From the human T2T-CHM13v2.0 reference genome, Homo sapiens: a stretch of 64,000 nucleotides of DNA. The number at the start of each line of letters is the position of its first letter. The first letter of the stretch is position 1. The stretch lies in NCBI RefSeq assembly GCF_009914755.1, contig NC_060938.1. The stretch is one strand, 5' to 3'. The position numbers and the translations under genes were made by a program. Under the pieces are notes generated by a model. That model was not told the DNA's origin. It searched no databases and worked only from the letters and a program-made list of their open reading frames with translations. This document shows positions 53,360 to 64,000 of the stretch, in pieces.

Positions 53360-53830
53360 TGTGGTAGATTGATCATGCTTATTCCCCACCTAAGGAATCC
53401 ATGCCTTTTGCTGTACAAATTTGCAGTACCCTCTCTCCATGGGTGGACTCACTCCTGGACTTAGGACATATTTTAACAATGGGATATTAGAACGTTAGAA
53501 CTAAGCCCAGATTTTTCAAATGCCCTTGCCCACCTCTGCTTCCTCTTTTCCTCCTCTACAATTGCCCTGAGAACAGGGTCAGGCCAGCCTGCTAAGGAAT
53601 AAGATACATCGGGCAGAGCCAGGATGCCCCAGGTGTCCTGGATGAGACCATTCTAAACCAGCTGACAGCTGGCTGACCCCAACCTGCATCTGACAGTCCA
53701 TACTTGAGTAAGCCCAGCTGAGACCCAAAGAGCCACTCAGCTGCCTTACGGAATTGAGAACAATCATAAATATCATTTCAAGTCACTGAGTTTGAGGGTG
53801 GTTTGTGGCCATCAATGACTGAAAGAGACA
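53360..53830 (+). mobile_element. MLT1H-like LTR
   Basis: tgtggtagattg...agcccagctgagacc...aagtcactgagttttgagggtggtttgt. Confidence 0.75.
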
Positions 53831-55899
53831 TAGCAGGTTATAGATCTAGACCTAATTCGCTGAATTCCTACTTTCAAATGAGTGATTTTTCCCCAATACT
53901 CCAGGTTTACAGAAGGAGAAACTGAGGTGCAGTGTGATTGAGTCACTTAAAGCTCGTAAAAATCCCAAGTTTTAAGGCAAAATCCTGCTATTGATTTTAA
54001 AGACTGAGTTAATCATTACTTTTCAAGAATGTAATCTAACAATAGTACCTACATTTTAGCATAAGATGAGATGCACAAAATCTCTTCCCATAGTTTCCAG
54101 GGTTCAGGAAGAGTTTAATAAATCCATATGTGAGTGAATGGCAGTGTGATTTTTAACTCAGCATCCTCCACCCAGCAGGAATGGCTTCTCATTAATATTG
54201 GACCCTCCCAAGCTCAATTTTCACACACACTGCCTGCTCTTCAAAGTAATTAATGACTCCTCCTCCTTCACGCCTGCTAGTGAAGCCAGGCTTGTTGCTT
54301 TCCAGCATTCACCCCAATCATTCTCCTGCTGAACCTGAGTGGAGGTTCTCTTGAATTCACCTGGGCCCCAAAGTGGACAGGAAATTTGCCAGACACAGGG
54401 AGTGGAGAGATGATACAATACATGGCCATGATCCTGCTCAAGGATTCAGCCCACCGTTCAAGGCTTTGATGATTCACCTTTCTCTCACTTTCTCAGGCCC
54501 ACACACCTCGTATTAGTTTCCTTCTTCAACTTGAACATCAGAAGAGGTCCCTTGTAATTTCTAGGTATAATCCAAATGCCAGGCTCCAGTGCGTGGTCTT
54601 CCCTGCCCCAGGTCTCCCAAATTCATCTGTCCACACCCAACCCATATTTCAATATCTACCTGCAAAACAGTCATGAGTTCAGGATTGGTATATTTGCCCA
54701 GGAGGCAGTGCCCTCATACTTTCCAAATTCCCTCCAAGTTGCCTCTGGGACACTTTTGTTTATGGTACATGAGTTACAGTTTAGCACTTTCGCCATTTGC
54801 TCTTAAGATAATTGTTTTTGTGCTATATTTGAGGAAACCAAGACTTGAAGACCATGTCTGTAGCCCGTGTCATGATCTGGCGTTGGGTAGGTCTAGAATT
54901 TGAACCCTGAACCGTTGACATCTTTTGTCAAGTTCCTTAAACCCACATCCAGCATTTTCACCTAGCATGTTATTTGCAAGTGACTTGACACAAGGCCATC
55001 TGTAGGGGTTCGAATGACAGGGTCTTTATTAGGATGAAGGAATATCTTATTTGTGAGTTAGGTGGCTATTGGTGTAGCCTGACACTGAGCTTTTGCAGCA
55101 ACAGTGTGGCCAGGTTTTACCTGCTTTGCTGCTCCTTGATCGTGGCTGGACTCTCTGCTTGCAGTCTCAGAAGCCATCTCTTTTCTCAGAAATCAAAATC
55201 AAAGCAAAACACAAACAATAAACTTTCATCTCTCACTTGACCATCTTTTCTCCCTGCTGTCCTACCTACATAGATCAAGCTGCCTCTTTCCCAGGTACTG
55301 AGAAGAAAGGATTCTATTTCGTTGGCCTACATTGTACCTACTTAGCTGAAATGTTCCCAAACATTTCAGAGCAGTCTCAATCAAATAGACTTTCACAGTT
55401 TTTGCAAACATCCCAGACTGGTGAGTGCAAACGCATATAGTGCTTCAGGCAACTTATGTTGCCTTGCAATGACATATAGATTGAAAATGTTTAATATGTC
55501 TATTAATTGCTCCATAGATGGTGGTGACTTTATAAGAGCAATTTCATTCCATTGTTTGAAAAACATTTTTGAGAATTCTGAAGAAAACTAGCTGCAACAC
55601 ATGCTTTCTTTTAATTCCATATGCTGGAAACAAATCCTACCATATCACGGAATGATGACTATCCAGATTTCAGGTTTGCATCACATGAATGTAAAGCCTC
55701 AGCCCTCCCCCGCGATGTCCTTTTTATCTCATGCCCTAACTTTCCAAATACCCCAATACAAAGACTTTTATATATTAAAACCAAGCTCAGGGCAGATTTT
55801 AAGGCCAGATTAAGAAACGAAGAGTTCTTGAACCCCAAACATAATATCACTTTTGTATACATTATGTTAATTTTCCTTATATACTTAAAAAAACTATGA

Positions 55900-56050
55900 G
55901 GAAGATTATTCTTTCCAATTTGTTCATGCAGAACCTAGCCTCAGGAAATCTAAGTGTCTTGTATGTAGCCATGTGGCTTGTTGGTAGTGTGAACAGTACT
56001 CAAACCTGGGAAAATACAACTCCAAAGACCATGCTGTTTCTGCCCCAGTG
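55900..56050 (-). mobile_element. MIR SINE
   Basis: ctcaaacctggg...actccaaagaccatgct. Confidence 0.55.
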
Positions 56051-56106
56051 CATTGACTGCCAGCTAGAGCTTTAAAAAGAAAGATACCTGAAAGAGGATT
56101 GGGGCC

Positions 56107-56477
56107 TGTGTCTGCCAGAATTTTTCAGGGAGGCAGAACCAATGTTAGATACATACACATACACATACACACACACAGTTTATTTATTTCAAGGAATCGG
56201 CTCTTGCAATGGTAAGGACTGGCAAGTCTGAAACCCATCGGGTAGACCAGCAGGATGGAAGCTAAGGCATTATTCTTCTCCAAGAAACTTCAGCTCTTGC
56301 TCTTAAGGCCTTCAACTGATTGGTTGAGGCCCACCTACATTATAAAAGGTACCCACCTTTACTTAAAGTGAACTGATTGTATATGTTAAACAAATACCTT
56401 CACAGCAACACCAAGATTCATATTTGATTAAATAACTGGGTACGGTAACCTTGCCAAGTGAAAAATTAATCATCATA
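56107..56477 (-). mobile_element. MLT2D-like LTR
   Basis: ctcttaaggccttcaactgattggttgaggcccac...ccttcacagcaacaccaagatt...aataactgggtac. Confidence 0.88.
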
Positions 56478-56784
56478 GGGCTCAAATGGCAGAGCCTAAG
56501 TTCATGACCTTCATAGTAAGTCCCTACAGCTTTAGGATAACCTCCAAAAGACTACAACTATATCTGGTCACATATATGTCAAATATGCAAACAAACTAAT
56601 CTCAAACATTACTATTCATACATTTGAACACTTTAATAAGAAATATTTTGAGCATCAACTTAGAACATCGGCATGGTTTTTATATTGTAAATATGAAGTT
56701 AAGGAATGCAGAATTATAAGATATTCTTTTTCTTCAGGTAAATTGGTTTAATTGGAGAGATAAGAAAATTAAGTTGAAGAAAAT

Positions 56785-57800
56785 TTGGCTGTGTATTTTT
56801 TAGTTGAGTGGTATGGTCTCTATGGTTAGTGAATAAAATCTGTAATTTACCTTCTTTTTAAATTTGTCGAGGCTTCCTTTATTACTCATCACATACTCAA
56901 AATATTAAGAAGGTTTAATAAGTGTTTTAACAGAATTTATTTTGATCCAGTAAATATATATATGTGTGTGTGTGTGTGTGTCTGTGTGTGTGCGCTTGTG
57001 TGTGTGTGTCCAAGAACCCCAGAACCAGATTTATTTTGGTCCATTTAATATTACGTACATATTCAATGGACCAAAATTAATTTATTAAATATTTATATAT
57101 GTATATGTGTGTGACTGTGTGTGTATATCCATGTATATGTGCATACATATAGACATTATGTAATCTGTGTGTTTTATTCAGCATACTAATTGTGTTAGTC
57201 AAATCTTCCATTTCCATATTTATCTCTATTTCTATTTCTGAGAAATGTTAACATCACCTACCGTGATTATGCATTTTCACTTTTTTCCTTGCCTTTCTAA
57301 TAGTTTTGCTTTATATTTCCAAGCCTATGTTGTTATCTGCATAAAGGTTTATGCCTATTATATCTTCTTAGCATACTGTATCTTATTTACATAAAATGTA
57401 TCACTCTGTCCTGTGAACTACCTTCCATATTAACTTTTTAGCATGTGTTAATAGTTCTATACAAATACATTTTATTTTTATCTGATATATATTTTCAAGA
57501 GTTTTTTTCAAATAACTCTTTTGCTCTTTTGTTTTAACTATATTAAATACTATCTATAAGTAAAATTTTCTTTTTATATTTTCTTTAACTCAGCTCCTTT
57601 CTCTTTCTATGATAAATTTAGTTTGTTCACATTTTTTGTGATTATGGATATGTTTGGATTTATTACTCTGACTTTTCTTTTCTTTGTACTATATTTTGTT
57701 ATTTCTTTTTGGTTTCCATTTTTTGTCTTTTATATTGTTTTTTCTACATATGAATTTTTACACTCTTCTGCAAATATAACTGATTATTGTAATATTTTGT
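56785..57800 (-). mobile_element. Old L1M fragment with (TA/TG)n microsatellites
   Basis: gtcaaatcttccatttcc...tagttttgctttatattt...; (TG)n at about 56963-57009. Confidence 0.6.
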
Positions 57801-57949
57801 GCATGTCTGCTATGCCCTAGTTCAATAAATTGTTCACAGAAGAGTGGAGCATAAATTCTGAAGCCTGCTGGTACCCTCAGAACTAAGTTTCATGAATGAA
57901 CTTAAGAATTGCTAAGTTCCCTGAAACTCAGAGAGAGCATTGAATGACC

Positions 57950-58405
57950 TCATATCTTAATCCTTCCTGTATTTATGCCGTTTGCAATGTGATTTTTGAA
58001 CTCTTCTCATAAACGGCCAAGGTTTCTTCAGCCATGTGACTTGCTTTGGCTCATGAGTCAGAATTTGTCATACAAGCAAAGATCTGAAAAAGTATTTGCT
58101 CATTTTTGCTTTTTTATTACTCCTCAGCCTTTGTTATGAGAACATGCCCAACTGGACTAATAGAAGATGAATCACCCAGAATTGTATTTTACCACTTATT
58201 GTAGGTGAGGCTGCCCCTGATCAGCTGAGAGTCAGTGACCCTCACACAAGCAAGAGAGCCATCCAAAGCTAGCATAACTAGAAATAGAATAATTATTTCT
58301 AGAAAAGCTGCATTTAATTAGCTAAGTAAATGCTTATTATACCAAAATACTAGGATTGGAGTGGTTTGTTACAGAGCATTTTTGTAACACTTGATGACTG
58401 ATACA
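57950..58405 (+). mobile_element. MLT1G/H-like LTR
   Basis: tttgcaatgtgattttt...ccatgtgacttgctttggc...gtggtttgttacagagc...gactgataca. Confidence 0.7.
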
Positions 58406-58922
58406 GTGTGTATGTGAGAATGTGGATTTTCAAAAGCTTGTGCAATAATCAGTGTCTCTAAAACTATCAAAGAGGGGCATCCCAATGACTAAAAATGAAC
58501 TTAGAAAACAATGTTATGATTTTTATGAAATTGATCCTAAGATAAAGTAATACATCTTCAGATTTTAAAAGAGGAATGGGAAAATTTCATAATCCCCATA
58601 ATGCTCTGTAAGGTACAATTTCATAACCCAATGTTTTCATTATGGGCTGAAAAGGCAGATATTATACCTTTTTTCAAAATAGCATGTATTCTTGAAATTT
58701 TAACTCATTAAATAGTGTGGTTTGGGAAGTGGAACTTCTGAGTTTAACTACAGAAGTTATTTTGAAGTGTCATAACTTGCGGGTAAATTTAGGATTTCCA
58801 CATCTTCCCAATGCTAAGTATAGGTACTTGGTTTCTTAAGACTGAAGGAATCTCAGGTAATGAATTGTGTATGTCTCCATTTGCTCAATGAGCACTGATT
58901 GAGTGCCAGGGGCTGACAGGCC

Positions 58923-59054
58923 CACTGATTATGGGTTTCACCTGGTGGTAACCTATACCCTCTCCAGGAAGCTGCTGTGCCATATATGCCCAGAGTTATG
59001 TGACTCAGAGAACACTGCACCTGGGTCTCTACTCCTTTCCAGGGCTGTCTGGAG
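58923..59054 (+). repeat. Local duplication D4, copy a
   Basis: Colinear with 59728-59864; 42/46 identical at the 5' end. Confidence 0.9.
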
Positions 59055-59727
59055 TCATCACCTGCCTCCAGGCAGTTATGAGTATTGCTATTTCATCCAT
59101 AAATACTTGCCCCACTATGTCTCATCTGGTATGAGCACTGCTGATTCTCCTTCAAAACATCTTCCGAGGAGGCTTCTTGTCTTTCTGAAAAGAACTAAAC
59201 ACTCCCTCCTTTGGATTTTATCTATGCCTCATATATATTTATTTTACTCAAACATCATACCAACTAAACTTATTGCTCATATGTACTCATCTGCCAGTAG
59301 TCCATTAACTTCTTAGAAAAAGTGTCTATAAAATGTTTGCTTAAAACAGTAAAAGCATGTGCTTGATAAATTTTTGTTAAGCTAAGCAACTGCCTGTGTG
59401 TGCTAAGCTACAAAATGCAGAAACTATAGGACTTTCCTCTCCTACAAGCCTCCAAACTTGTTTTCTAATTCATTAAAATGTGAAAAATGTCAATTAAAAT
59501 GAATTTAAAGAGTTAATATTAAGTTCATTTCTCTGACACCAACCTAACTCCACTTAATCAGAGCCTCACAAACAGAATCACCTACAAAAAACACAGCATT
59601 GAAGGAGCATAGTCTGGACGTACCTTACATGCTTCTTCACTTCCAAGAGGTAAAACAATATTTTTGGAATTATGATAAAAATTATACACTCACACACACA
59701 CGTGCATACAGAGAGTATTATAAGTCT

Positions 59728-59864
59728 CACTGATTATGGGTTTCATCTGGAGGTAACCTGTACCCTCCCCAGGCACCTAATGCACCAAATAGGACCAGAA
59801 TTATGTGTTTCAGAAAGCATTGTGTCTGGGTTTCCCCTTTACACCTTTCCAGGGCAGTCTGAAG
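59728..59864 (+). repeat. Local duplication D4, copy b
   Basis: cactgattatgggtttca...cctttccagggc.gtctg.ag shared with 58923-59054. Confidence 0.9.
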
Positions 59865-59897
59865 AGAAGGTGAAGGATGCACAATGGAGGGGGGTGG

Positions 59898-59964
59898 GTA
59901 AATAATCTCATAAGTGTAAACCATTTCATAAGAGTAAACCATTTCATGAGAGTAAATAATTTCA
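59898..59964. repeat. 18-bp minisatellite, about 3.7 units
   Basis: gtaaataatctcataagt / gtaaaccatttcataaga / gtaaaccatttcatgaga / gtaaataatttca. Confidence 0.88.
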
Positions 59965-59991
59965 AATATTTAACGTATTAGAAATTAAAAG

Positions 59992-60028
<37 letters not shown>
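59992..60028. repeat. (AAT)n microsatellite
   Basis: Direct reading. Confidence 0.95.
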
Positions 60029-60031
<3 letters not shown>

Positions 60032-61065
60032 CAATAGTGAAATGCTTTTTGGGAAAAATTCAACAGGAGTCTCCCAATGTACTACAGTTAGGAGGGAAAC
60101 CACAACAACAAAAACACATGGTGTTTCAGCACCATGGACAGTATCACGTCAGCCCCAGTACCCAAACGTTCTAGCCATACTATGACTATAACATCTACAG
60201 CTCCAAATTAAATTTGCTACTGTAGTGGAGAATAGAAAGGAGAGATAGCCTTCACTTTGTGGCCATTTGACTATCCATATCAAAGTCAGGATACCTTTGA
60301 ACCATAAAACTGAGTCTACAGCAGACATCAGGATATGCATACAGCTGTATTCAAATGGCAAGAAAAAATCTGTCATTTGAAAAATCACTGATTGTTTGTT
60401 ACAGGGGCTGACTGTGTATAAGGTCTACAGTTAGACCTTCAAATAAGCAATGGATTCTAGATCATTTCAACACAGTGAGTGAAGCATTGCACAATCTCCA
60501 TGTGGAAAAAAATGTTGACTATTAAAACGTAAGTCAAAATATAATGAAAACAGAGTTCAGAGAAGGAAGAGAGAAGCTGGGCTGAAGAGCAGGTGAAGGC
60601 TGAACAAAGGAGGGGGGTGAGCTGGGATGCAAGAACATGGCAGGATTTGGAGGAGTGCTGCCCATGCACAGAACACATCCTATGTCATGAGGACCATGGC
60701 AAGAGATGGAAGGAGAGGTGTGCACTGCTAAGACAAATGACTCCTTCTTTCTGGTGTCTATTTTCCTTCGTCTTAATTTGGACTAAGTCCTTAGATTCTA
60801 CTTCATCCTCATTCTCACCTCCTTGGATAACTCTCCCACAACAAGGGCTTGATTTTCCCCCACCAACCTAATTGCCCCTCCTGCCTGTAAATCAATTGAT
60901 TAATTTATTTATTCAACAGATGCTTATCGAGCACCTACTATGTTCCAGGAACTCTCCTAGTCCTTTAAAAACCTCCCAAGCCACAAGATTGCCTTGTTTA
61001 TTATTTATTTATTCACCTCTTAATTGAATAATAGCTTAGTTAGTAAGACTTGTGCTATGGAATTA

Positions 61066-61114
61066 TAAGTGCTATAAAGTCTAAGTGTTATAAAGTGCTA
61101 AGTGTTATAAAGTC
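61066..61114. repeat. 16-17 bp tandem repeat, 3 units
   Basis: taagtgctataaagtc / taagtgttataaagtgc / taagtgttataaagtc. Confidence 0.9.
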
Positions 61115-61282
61115 TGCCATCAAGGAACAGACAGTCAAGACAGTTGGGGACACAGGTATGGAAAGGTAGTCATAACACAGTGTGATAACTCACTTGAAAG
61201 AGAAAGAAAGGGTGCTACGGGAACTCAAAGGAAAACCAACTCCATGTGTTGAGGATTCTGGAAGGTGCTTCAGCCACCACAA

Positions 61283-61480
61283 TATTGAGCATTTTACATG
61301 TGCTCAAAATTCTGCTAAGTGCTCACTTTTTAATACTCATAACAACCTCATGAAGTTGACAATAAAAGGGGAAACTGAGGCTCAAAAACGTTCCACTCCC
61401 CCTCCAAGTCACAGAGGCTGCACATGGCAAAACTGGAACTCAACCTCATTCCGTTTCAAGTCTTTTTCAACTCAGCCTGG
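61283..61480 (-). mobile_element. MIR inside an L2 fragment
   Basis: ctcataacaacctcatgaag...ggaaactgaggctc. Confidence 0.7.
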
Positions 61481-62915
61481 CCCCGTTCCAAGATGCTCCA
61501 GAGGGGAATGCATTTGAGTTGAGCCTTGAAGAATAAGTAGGACTTTGTCATGCTGCCACCTGTGAAGTGGCAGGGATGTTGAGGAAACCAAGCCAAGAGA
61601 GGAGGCAGAGGGACTCTCACCTGGGGATGAGCAGCCCCTGGCTTCCACCCTCAGGGGGTGTCTCAGTGTTTCTGCGATGAGGACTCAAGTGCCCCAGGGT
61701 GGTTTCTGTGGCAGCATGGAACCCCTGGGTGCCCTGAACCATCTTTGCCTGATTTTTCTTCATAATTGGACCGGCTGCTGCTGGCTGCTTACCTGATTAG
61801 TGGGTTCACTAACCCAGCAGAAATGGGATCTAAGAGGATTAAAATGTGAAAAAAAGGATAATACAAATTGAAAACAGCAGCTTCTCCAGCCGAGCTTTGG
61901 ATTAAAAGTTGAGAAAGTGAATCAGAACATTAAAAAATGTGAAAGACGAGGTTAGAAATGCTGATTGAAACAAGTCTTTTTGTAGCCCAGCCTCCTTGCA
62001 TGCTATTGTTTCTCTGTTTTGTACCAGTTCTACAGGGAAAAGTACGAATGCCTCTGTCTGCCTTTCAAGTGCCTCTGAAGATCTAGGGGAGCCTGGCTTT
62101 CTGCCCGCACTTCCCACACGCCCTCTCTCTGCTCCCCCTTCCCGGTGCCGGTCTCCTCCTGCATTACCTTTTGAATTTTGCTCCCACAGGTTCCTTCCCC
62201 CAGAATTCCCAGCTCTGCTATCATTATTTCCCCACACCTACCCTTCCCTCTTGCTGAACGCAGCCTCCTTTCAAAGTCTTCAACAATCTCCCAGTTGAAG
62301 TCATCTCCCCATCCCTGAAGCCTGTTGCACTTTGTCTGTCTTCTCCAAACCTTGGCATTTTCATGCCTCCAAATAACATGATTTATATCCTTTCTCCCAT
62401 GGTGAGCTGTGAACACAGAGGGCTGAACAACACCTCACTCCATGAAAATAGCCTTATACTGTTATCTACAAAAGTCCTTTTTGTATGAAGGAGTGAGGAA
62501 ATGAGTCAATGCGTCCAACACAACAGTGAACAATCAAGGCACTGCTCCATGGTGCTGCTCCTTAGCTCAAAGCCCCTTCGACACAAGGCAGCCCCCAGGA
62601 ATGAGGCTGAAACTCAGCATCCCTGAGAGACTAGCTGGCCTCCCTCTCTTCCCCTCCTGTGCCTCACCCTCCTCCCCAGACCCCCTCCTCTGGCTCCAAC
62701 AGACCCCAGGAGAGCCTGCCACAAGGACTACTACACCAGCCTGATTTAGCCCCTTCCAGACACCACCTGCCTGAACTCACAATCCCAGTGCTTCTTCTTT
62801 CATGGAAAATAATACGCATTCAAGGTCCAGTTTATGTATCATGTTCTTCCTGAAGCCTTCCCTGATACGTCTATGGAAAAGAATTCTTTTTTTCTGTGCT
62901 CCTTGCTCAAACCCC

Positions 62916-63243
62916 TTTTTGTTGCTCTTGTTGTTTTGGTTTTTGTTTGCTTTTGCTTTTGTTTTTGTGATAGGGTCTTGCTCTGACTAGAGTACAGTGG
63001 TGTGATCATAGCTCACTGCAGCCTCAATTTCCTAGGCTCAAATGATCCTCCAGCCTCAGCCTCTCAAGTAGCTGAGACCACAGGCACACACCACAACACA
63101 CAGCTAAATTAAAAAAAAATATTTGCAGAGATGCCTTCTCACTATGTCACCCAATCTGGTCTTGAACTCCTGGCCTCAAGCAATCCTCCTACCTTGGCTT
63201 CCTAAAATACTGGGATTATAGGCATGAGCCACCCTGTCTGGCC
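62916..63243 (-). mobile_element. AluJ
   Basis: gatcatagctcactgcagcctcaa...gaactcctggcctcaagcaatcctcct. Confidence 0.92.
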
Positions 63244-63394
63244 CACGTGTGTTTTATTACTTTTAGTACTGTATCAGAATTTCTGTGGCTTTGTTTTGTG
63301 TGTGTTTGTGGGTTTTGCCATCTACACATCTATTGCCCACACTGAAGATAGGCTCTTCAAGACTCAATAATTTTCCACTGTGGTGGTTGTTAAC

Positions 63395-63910
63395 ATTGAT
63401 TAAGCTCTTGCTATAGGTTAGGCCTTGTGTTAACATAAAAGATCCTATAAAATCTTCACAGCAAGAATACCAGGGTGGTATCATGCCCATGCTCCCTTTT
63501 GAAAATGAGGCAAGCAGAATGTAGAGTCACACAGGTAGCGAGAAGCACAGAGGTGCTCACCCTAGACTGCCTGGGCCTATGGTCTGTGCTTGCAGGCACT
63601 GCATTGTGTGGTTTGCCTCTGCAGCTCTCCCCAGCACAGTGCAAAGGGTGCTTTGCTGCCACCACACATTTGTGGAGATGGAAGAACAACCATGATCAAC
63701 TCAGTAAGCTCTTCTCAACGTGTACCAGGCACCAAGTACCTTGCATCACCTCATGTAATCCCTACAACATCTCAACAAGCAGAGTGCTATTGTTTCTCTC
63801 TCTTTAGAGATGAAGAAGCCAGGGTTTAAAAGAACCTAATTCATTTGTCCAATATCACATGGCTGTATGTGTCAAAGACCACACCCAGACCCAGGTCCTG
63901 CAGGCTCCAG
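63395..63910 (-). mobile_element. Two MIR fragments
   Basis: tttgaaaatgaggcaagcag...; tgtaccaggcacc...ctcatgtaatccctacaac...ttagagatgaagaagcc. Confidence 0.65.
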
Positions 63911-64000
63911 AAATGAGATGTTTATTATTCATCAACCTAACTGGGGCTGCAGTTTGTTTTTGCCCAATTCATAGATAATTCTATCTAATTATTTAGGAGG

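Noticed and set aside
58903-59905. Two similar ORF peptides suggesting a tandem gene family
   Set aside because: Similarity is confined to duplication D4; no splice structure or domain support
59898-59964. Short repeated units as a CRISPR-like array
   Set aside because: Head-to-tail units without unique spacers, in primate DNA, with no cas genes

Overview
Primate (probably human or great ape) non-coding genomic DNA, either a gene desert or a large intron. I find no supportable protein-coding gene or RNA gene; the ORF track is explained by repeats and chance. Much of the window is interspersed repeat: 10 Alus (J, S, Y), old L1M and L2 fragments, many MIRs, MaLR/ERVL LTRs (THE1, MLT1, MLT2), an ERV1 MER51 solo LTR, and hAT DNA-transposon fossils (Charlie1, Charlie4z, MER3/33, MER5, MER58B, MER94, ORSL). 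The most notable structure the repeats do not explain is five non-tandem, same-orientation local copies (17 to ~420 bp, 0.46-2.2 kb apart), several with repair-scar features. One ~420-bp pair flanks a CpG-retaining, enhancer-like block and has a near-identical, motif-rich 87-bp core. There is also a perfect 24-bp palindrome built from two RBPJ sites around an E-box, and an RFX/SOX/bHLH/AP-1 motif cluster. Repeat subfamily names are from memory of consensus sequences, and coordinates of old repeats are approximate. I cannot claim a new biological system from the sequence alone.
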